Part shown: positions 56,113 to 64,000 of the stretch, piece after piece
How the letters are laid out: each line of letters begins with the position of its first letter
Numbering within the stretch: position 1 is the first letter of the stretch
From: Auanema rhodensis
Taxonomy: Eukaryota; Animalia; Nematoda
NCBI GenBank assembly: GCA_964057225.1
Contig: OZ059899.1
Location: 14,942,001 to 15,006,000 of the forward strand
DNA length: 64,000 nt
Reading direction: 5' to 3'
The notes under the pieces: generated by a model
The model's input: only the letters and a program-made list of their open reading frames with translations
Databases searched by the model: none
What the model was told of the DNA's origin: nothing
Position numbers and translations under genes: made by a program

Positions 56113-58929
56113 TCTCTTTCTCTTTTAAAATGTTCTTCTCATGAACTGATATATTTATTTTCAAAAACTTTACCAATAATATCTCACAAATACATAAGTG
56201 TTCATGAAATTATTAGAAAAAAAAATGTTTCTAAATACAAAAAAAAGTTGACAACAAACAGTGAAAAAACTTTTTCTTTTCAGGATATTTTTCTTTAAAA
56301 AAAAAAAAGTTTTTCCCAGTAATGTTTTGTTTGTCAATTATTTTTCTCTTTCGATCATTTTTTTTTTGATGTGCCCGCCTCCAAACACAACATTACGTTT
56401 ATCGTCTTTTCCTCCCATTCATACCTTTTTATGGCTTTTGTTTTATAAAAAAAAAGTTTTAAGCTCAAGTTTTCAAGATTTAACTTCATTAAACTTTAAA
56501 ACAAAACTAATTATAATTTAACGTTTCATTTCACGTTCACGTAAATATGCTAATAATCATTTTGAAATACATCGTTTTACACGTAATTTACGTGAAACCT
56601 GAAAATGAATTGGCATTTTTCAAATCTCCACTTTCATCTACTAACATCATCAACTTATAATTGTAACTAAGGTTGGTAAATAACTAAGTTTTATAATCAA
56701 ATTCCAAAAATGCTTTTACTTCAAAGTTTCACATCTTGAACTTCAAAACTTGATATAGTAATAGAGTTTTGATTTCTTAATTTTTTTCCCTACAGAAAAG
56801 CTGTGAAAAAGAAAAAAGAGAGAAACGAACATCAACGGTGTGGAACGACGATCGGCTTCAGATTTGCTACCATCGTCATATTCACACCGTTTTTCCGTTT
56901 TGATGACGTTAATCTCTATATTCTCTCTCACTCTTCTATACTCATTCTTCTTTTTTTTTACCTTTAAGCTATCATGTTGATTTTCCGATTATGACCAAGT
57001 TCAAAGACAAAACGAACTTGTCACTTGACTGACTTATCTTTTCAAGTGTTTGTGTTTCGTATTATTCAAGTTTTTTTGTCACCTTGTCAGCATATTCTGG
57101 CCAAAGCATACTGTGTATTCTTACTTTTCATAGTTGTCTATTCAAGCTGAAGAAAAGCATCCCTCCCACCTCCTTCCCTCCCATCTTTCTTTATCTCCTC
57201 ATATAGAATTAGGTGTTCAGCTCTTTGTCCAGATACATATCACATTTGCTTCATCAATAACTCATTTAGACATTAACCGCTGTTGACCAATACTTCAGCT
57301 TGACATATTTTTTTGGAAACTACTCTTAATCCTTTACAAACTTTCCCTCTCTCTCTCTCTCTCCCTCTCTCTGTCTCTCTCTATCTCTATCTCTCTCTCT
57401 CAATGGCCGTCTTCTTCTCTTCCTCCTGCTATTCTTAACAACATGTCATAGTTTCTTGTTGACTAACTACTTCTTGCAAAACTTTTCAAATCTCCGACTT
57501 GTCATCCATGAAAAACTTTCGCAAGAAAGTTTGCCTTGACCGTATGACGTAATCTTAAAGCTTGACCCAATGACGAAACTCGTGATATTCAAGCTAGAAA
57601 CGTCAGACTTCGAGCTTGATGGAACTTGAGAAAAAAATTTTTTTCCGAGCATTCCTTCAAAAATATTGTTTGCATGGATTAAGACAAATAGGGCGAATTT
57701 GCTCAAAGTGATGGCTGGATGGATAGATGACCCTCCAAGCCAGGACAATCGTTTCTCAACTTCATCGCCGATCCATTCAAATCCTTTTGGCGAATATGCT
57801 GTTGTTTCTAATTCGATTTCTTTTCTCTGTCTCACTCTCAGTCTATCGTGCTATACATATGCATCTATATCTGTGTGTGTGCCTACCGATTCCCACAAGC
57901 TTTTTGGTCGCTTTGACCGGCTTTTCCGGCACATCCTTCCTCATCGTCAAGCTATTCTGGCATAATGCTGTCCGAAGACGTCGTATGACGGCTTGCACTT
58001 CCTTTTTTTGTATCACTTCAATTTGTCTTTTCTACCACAAGCTCTCAGTCGACCCAACGCCTCTAACCCTTTAACCAGATCAGTAGACATAGCATGCTTT
58101 TTCCGAAGCAGAATGGATGACGTGAAATCGTCAAACATGGCTGATAAATTCCGCCCTCAGTTCCACTTCCATCCTCCCTCCTCACTCTTCTGCTTTTATC
58201 TTTTTCGACTTTTTTGTTTCTCCCTTCATCCATTCTTTCCTTTTCAACTTTCATGTATTTTGGCCAGTTTTTATCCGTTTTTGCTCTTACTGAAACTAAA
58301 CTATTCCACTTCTTCGTCGAAAATTCTGGTTCTGTTGCTCTGGATGCTCTGACTGCCTTCATTCTCCAGATTTCCTTAGATCCGTTCTCGTTGTTGTCCT
58401 ATCTATACCCGGAAACAGGACGTATATCATTCAGTCGTTGGTCTGAATTCTCTTGTTAATGTGTCTTCAGGCATAAGTTCACCCCACATCATCATCGTTT
58501 TTCCTTGTCTTCTCCCACTTCTTCTTCTTATCTGTTGTCCTTGTACTTCGAACATATTCTTTCTCACTCTCACATGACGTTATCGAAAATGAGGCGGAGG
58601 AGGAGGAGGAGAATGAAGAAAAGAGTTGGCACGCCTCCAAAGATTTTCTACACCCTGGGGCATTCTGTGAAGTTGGAAGCCCATGACTTAACGTCTCATC
58701 CAACCGAGATAAAGCTGAAACATATATTACTTTTCTATTTACTTATCAACAAGCTTTTTTTAAGAATTTCAAGCCTTTCTAGGCTCTCTCATGATGCATT
58801 GTATCTTATTCGGAATCTGTTGTCGATCTTGTTCGTTCCTTCCAATCTTTTGATTATAATTATATTTTATTAATTTCTTTTTAATTTTCGTTGTAAGATT
58901 ATTATATTAAATCATTTTAACTATTATAG

Positions 58930-59989
58930 ATGTCTTCTGGAACTGTCGCTCCTGTCAGCAATGGCCTCAAGCTGGTTATCTTCGATAAGGATGGTACCCT
59001 TGTAGACTTCCATCGTATGTGGCTTCCATGGGCCGCTAAAACCGTCCAATTGTGAGTTCAATGAGATGAAATAACTGTTTATTCTTTACTTTTCACATAT
59101 TTAACGATGAAAAACTGTCTCTTTAGATTGGAAGAAGCAACCAAATTACCAGTTGCTCAGGCTGTTTACAAAGTTCTTGGAGTTGACCCCATCAAAGGAA
59201 AGGTATGTGATATTTCATTCTTGACTTGATTATCATATGCTCATATGCTCATTTCCCAATTTTTTTATTCCCCGGGATATCTAACGAGCTGTTTCTCGAT
59301 TTTCGATGTTTTACCTCATCTGATAAGCTATATAAGAATAAGATGAAGTACTAGCATTGCAACAAGTTCATATGAGTATGCGCACACAACCACATTGTTG
59401 TACCAAAAACATGTTTAGAAGCAGAAAAAAAACATTTTTTTGCTCAAACTTTGTCAAAAAGGAATGAAGAAAACACAAGCATGTTGGTGATGTACAAACA
59501 TGTGTGTATATACATATATCTATGCTTACAACATACAATGTTTCCAATGCTTATCAAGACATTTGGGCCAATTTTTCATCTTCACACATATGGTCATTAT
59601 TCATTTTGCCCACATATTCTTCAATATTTCTTTAAAAACTATGAAGAAAATGATAATATCAACTTGTTTACTTGACATATTAATGTTTTATACTCCTAAA
59701 TTGACTATTACATAGTCATTTGGCCTCTTTTTGATGTGTTTTGATATTGAGATGAGGCTCTTGTGAGTGGTAACTCAGCGATTTTAGCGTATAAGGAAGA
59801 GGAAGAGGTAAGACCAACTTGAAGAAAATGTTTAACGTTTTCCGAGAGAACATTACAAGGGATAGGATGAAAAACAGTTAAAGATAACAAGATTCACTGG
59901 ATTTTCCTTTGCTCTCCTTGTTGCTCAATTCTCCGTTGTCGTTCTCGTAATCTTTCTCGCCCACACTTACTCGCACTCTCTTCCTCCTC

Positions 59990-60054
<65 letters not shown>

Positions 60055-61921
60055 CTTTTAAAGCTTCATCGTTATCTGTTCATGCTGAGCTTTTCTTGTT
60101 CCAAAAAGAAATCAGCCGATTGCTCTATTTCTTTTTCTTACTACGGGAAATGAAATTTGGTTATTCGAATTCGGAATTCACTCACCACTCTTACATAGTT
60201 TCCCTTATGCCATCAGAAGAGCAGGACGGCAAGCAAGATAAAAGCAAGTGAATTATAAAACGAAGAACATGAAGTCAGCGACGAAATCCGCTAGATGTTC
60301 GTTGTCAACTTCAGCATGTATTCGATCGTTCAACTTTTTCTCAGCATTGTCTCCTCCGCTTCCTTTTCAGTTTTATTGTTTCTGTTTCTCTCGTTTTCAG
60401 TGACATTAAGAAATGCTCAGAATAAATCTAACTACATTTCAAGTTGCTTCCATGATTTGTCTGTATGTTCCGCTTGAATGCAGGCATGTATGTCATGAAA
60501 GGATACATGAAACATCAGAAATCTCACGAACATTTTTATCAGGAAAATCAGATGTAAACTGAATTCCCGTCGCTCTACATGACTTTTAGAAACAACGTCT
60601 GTATATGCAGCTCACTCATGTTTCACATACTCATTGTGGACTTACGCTGTTGCCGCATTATGCTGATAGCATGCTTTAAACTGATAAACCTGTCAGAAAG
60701 CTGTAAGAAAGAGCAGCTCACAACTGCTTGACTTGGCGAATAATTGACGAAAGGCTTAACGGAATTTCGCATCTCAATTTTCTTGAACCTGATCCATTTA
60801 TTCCCACGTGCTGTGCGTCATCCAAACCGTTTTTGGTCTTCCTCCCCTTCAAGGCTATCCGATGTCCAATGGTCGTTCAATGAACTCACCTCATCATTGG
60901 TCTGACAATAGAAACTAGGTTGTGAATCAATGGTCTAACTGACAGCATCAGAATAGATCCATTTGATAGCATTTGCAACCAGCGACATCGTGTCTATGTG
61001 CTGGAGAGCTGACGACGCCAATGTACACGCCAACCAGAAGCTTTCTCACGTCTCTGTCACCAACGAATAACGGCGAACAAAGAGATTGGATATGAGGATA
61101 TGAGGGATATGAGCAAAAAAGGAAAAGAAAAAGCATAGCTTAGAATCTGAATGAAACAGTGTGACGAATGATGGGGGGAAGAAGAGACATTGGGAAAAAT
61201 ATTTGGACTGCCAAGCCTAATCGAGATGACGATAGGATTGCAGTCTATTTGACCTTTGTTCGAACAAAATGAGAACGTGGAAGAAACAAATGTACGAGCA
61301 TATTTTCGAAGAAATGCTCATAAGAATGAGCTTAAATTTTGAAAACGAAGCTCACTATATGTTATGTTAAAACTTGAAAATTTTAGCTTAATTACTGGAT
61401 TACATACTTGATAATCTAGAATTTAAAGCTTACAACTTGACACATTGTTCTAACATCATCAACTTTTTATTTTTTTTTAAAGTTCAAAGATGCATCTGTT
61501 TACGGCATACATGATGGCTCCCTTGAGAATGTTACATCCTAAAATACATAAGATGATGACGATGTTGATGATGTTGATGATCTATTGCATCCATCTACAA
61601 GCTTTGCTCTTCCCACTCATCCACCCACTGCTTTTCCTTATCTTCTTTTGATTTTTTGTTTTTTTTCTCCTTTTCTGGTTAATCATTGTGAATGACCATG
61701 GACCAGGATACATCTATCTATCCATCTAAATCGTCTTCGATCTAAACTTTGCCTAATGAACTCTGAACCTCCTTATGCTCTCGTCTTTAAAAAGACTTTC
61801 TAAGCCAAAGAATCAAAAATAAAAAAAAAACAAAAAAAATGCTCATCAATCTGCATGACTTGAAGCAATCAAATTCAGATGATTGGCACGTGAACGTAAT
61901 TCCTCTCTCTATCTCTCTTCG

Positions 61922-62011
<90 letters not shown>

Positions 62012-63701
62012 TTCTCTCTCTTTCTTGTCTGTTTTTTTCTGTGTTTGGTGATGATGATGGCTTGTCTTTCAATCTTCTATGAATCATTATGAATCTTCAC
62101 TTCATTCATTTCAATCCGATATATCAGCACTACTTTAAAGAGAAAAAAAAAAGATTTTTCTCTCAAAATAAATTAGTTCACTCTGAAAATTTATTTCGTC
62201 TTTGCCTCACACGAATACTCTCACATGGCTATTCACATAGCTTTGTTCTCAGAAAATAAAATAAGAAAAAAGTTTCCCAAAAGTTCTTTCTCATCTTCAA
62301 CCACCCTCTCAGTTTTTTTTTAATTTGCTTACCATCTTTTTGACAAACAATGTGCAACTACATGAAGAAAAGACTTCTTCGTCCGGTTGCTCGTTGTCAC
62401 CATCGTTGTCATCGCTTTCTTCTTCTCGCATTCCTTCAATTCTTCTAATTGACAAAGCTTTAAGGCTTTAACAACTCAATCTTCCAACAACCAGTAAGAT
62501 GTGTGTTTGACCTAATGTCATATGGTATTTCCTCTAAATCAGACTCGAAAGACTCGAGAGAAATGGAATATTCCATCTGATGACGTCTGTATATACGAGG
62601 CAAGATGACGAATGCAAGAGAAACAACATCGCAGGCCACGTGCCTATCTTCGAATGTCGTCAGTAATTCAATGAACTATCTCATCATCGGCTGCTAGCCT
62701 GTTTCCAAGCTTTCACTAAGCTGCATCAGACATGGAACAACAAACTTTTGCAAATAGCCAAATCCGGTGCATAATATCACAATGTATCTTATAGGCTACA
62801 AACACTAAAGTATTTCTTTTCAAGACAATATGTTACTTAGGAAAATTTTTGGAAAATGAAGAGCATATAGATCTCAAACGTTTACATAATGATCTCAAAC
62901 AAGTTTTATAGGTTTCTATGGGAGCCTTAGCTGAGAAAACTCTCACCTTAATTCGTGCTGATATTTCTCTAACACTCCAGGTAATTGGTCCATCAACCAC
63001 AGATCTAAAAGCTTTATCTTCTTTTAGTCCTTTGGAATATCTGCTGAAGAGGCCGACAAGATCGTTGTGAGTGGAGTTCCAGAAGCTAGTAATGGCTTGA
63101 CAGCTCCCGTGTGTGATCTCGTGAGCTTATTCAGTGAATTACGCGATATGGGTTTGAAGTTGGCACTCTGCACTGCTGACAGCAGGTAAGCATGCATATA
63201 GTTTAGAAGATCACAGTATAGAACTGGAAATAGACAATTATCGAAATAACAAATTGAATTACAGACGTGCAACTGAAGAACAGATGCGCATTCTTGGAAT
63301 TTCAACAATGCTGGATGATGTTGTTTGTGGAAATGATGCTGGAATCGTTCCAAAGCCTTCTCCTCACTGTGCTATGCAGATTTGCAAACGTATTGGTGTT
63401 CAACTTAACGTAAGTTTATCCGATTATGAATGCTAATAAACCAGAATCAAATTGCAGGAAGCTGTCATCGTTGGAGATACCATCGCAGATCTGAAGATGG
63501 GACGTGTTGCAGGGCTTCGAGCTAGCATTGCTGTACTCAGTGGAGTGGGAAATCGTGAAACGCTGTCAGAATTCTCTGACTACTTCGTAAGTTTATATTT
63601 CAAACATCAAGCTTAAGCTGTAATGTATTTAGATTGAGGACGTTGGTGAACTACCATCATTGATCAGTGACAAAATGAATGAAGATACCAAAAGAGGATA
63701 A
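58930..63701 (+). CDS. HAD-superfamily phosphatase (phosphoglycolate phosphatase-like), 6 introns including one of 3.7 kb
   Basis: Motif I LVIFDKDGTLVD; motif II LALCTAD; motif III PKPSP; motif IV VIVGDTIADLKMG; VLSGVG; intron 59203-62911 is phase 0; stop at 63699-63701. Confidence 0.93.
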
Positions 63702-64000
63702 AAAGCTACAACTCACCGTTTCTCAGCATTCTTCATCACCTTGCATTTTAACAAAACCATATATTCACCCCTTTGATATTAAGAACAACATAGAATTTAG
63801 TTTTAATTTATGAAATTTGGCACACGATTCACTTCGTACCACAAATTTTTCAAATTTCTTTTAAAATATCTAATAGAGTTCAAAATATATATATATATAT
63901 ATTTATATTTAATGATTTTATAAAACAGGTAGATCTAATGCAAATTACGAAACATGAAGCAGCTTTTCGAAGTTTTCATATATTTAAAACAAAACATTTT

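Overview
AT-rich nematode genomic DNA (tttcag/ttttag acceptors, many 40-60 nt introns, operon-like spacing). Most ORFs in the supplied track are artefacts of (CT)n/(GA)n microsatellites; the real genes had to be spliced by hand. Two microsatellite-rich, gene-poor regions (about 1-22 kb and 44-63 kb) flank a compact gene-dense core (about 22.7-43.9 kb). Genes in order: a DMSR/myosuppressin-receptor-like GPCR (+, first coding exon 5 kb upstream); a non-catalytic WAGO-class Argonaute (-); head-to-head with it, an intact G-alpha whose switch I/II catalytic motifs are altered (+); ero-1 (+, with a probable 3-nt microexon); a probable operon YIPF3 > C2H2-ZnF > intron-rich Merlin/IS1595-transposase-like gene > paralogous C2H2-ZnF (+); a small 2-TM orphan (+); and a HAD phosphatase (+). 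Most notable: an apparently domesticated, catalytically degenerate Merlin-type transposase fused to a zinc finger and lying between two related ZnF genes; a pseudo-GTPase-like G-alpha sharing a promoter with a WAGO; the ero-1 microexon; and a repeated TCACG + TTAGCATA cis-module. All family assignments are from motif recognition, not database searches.
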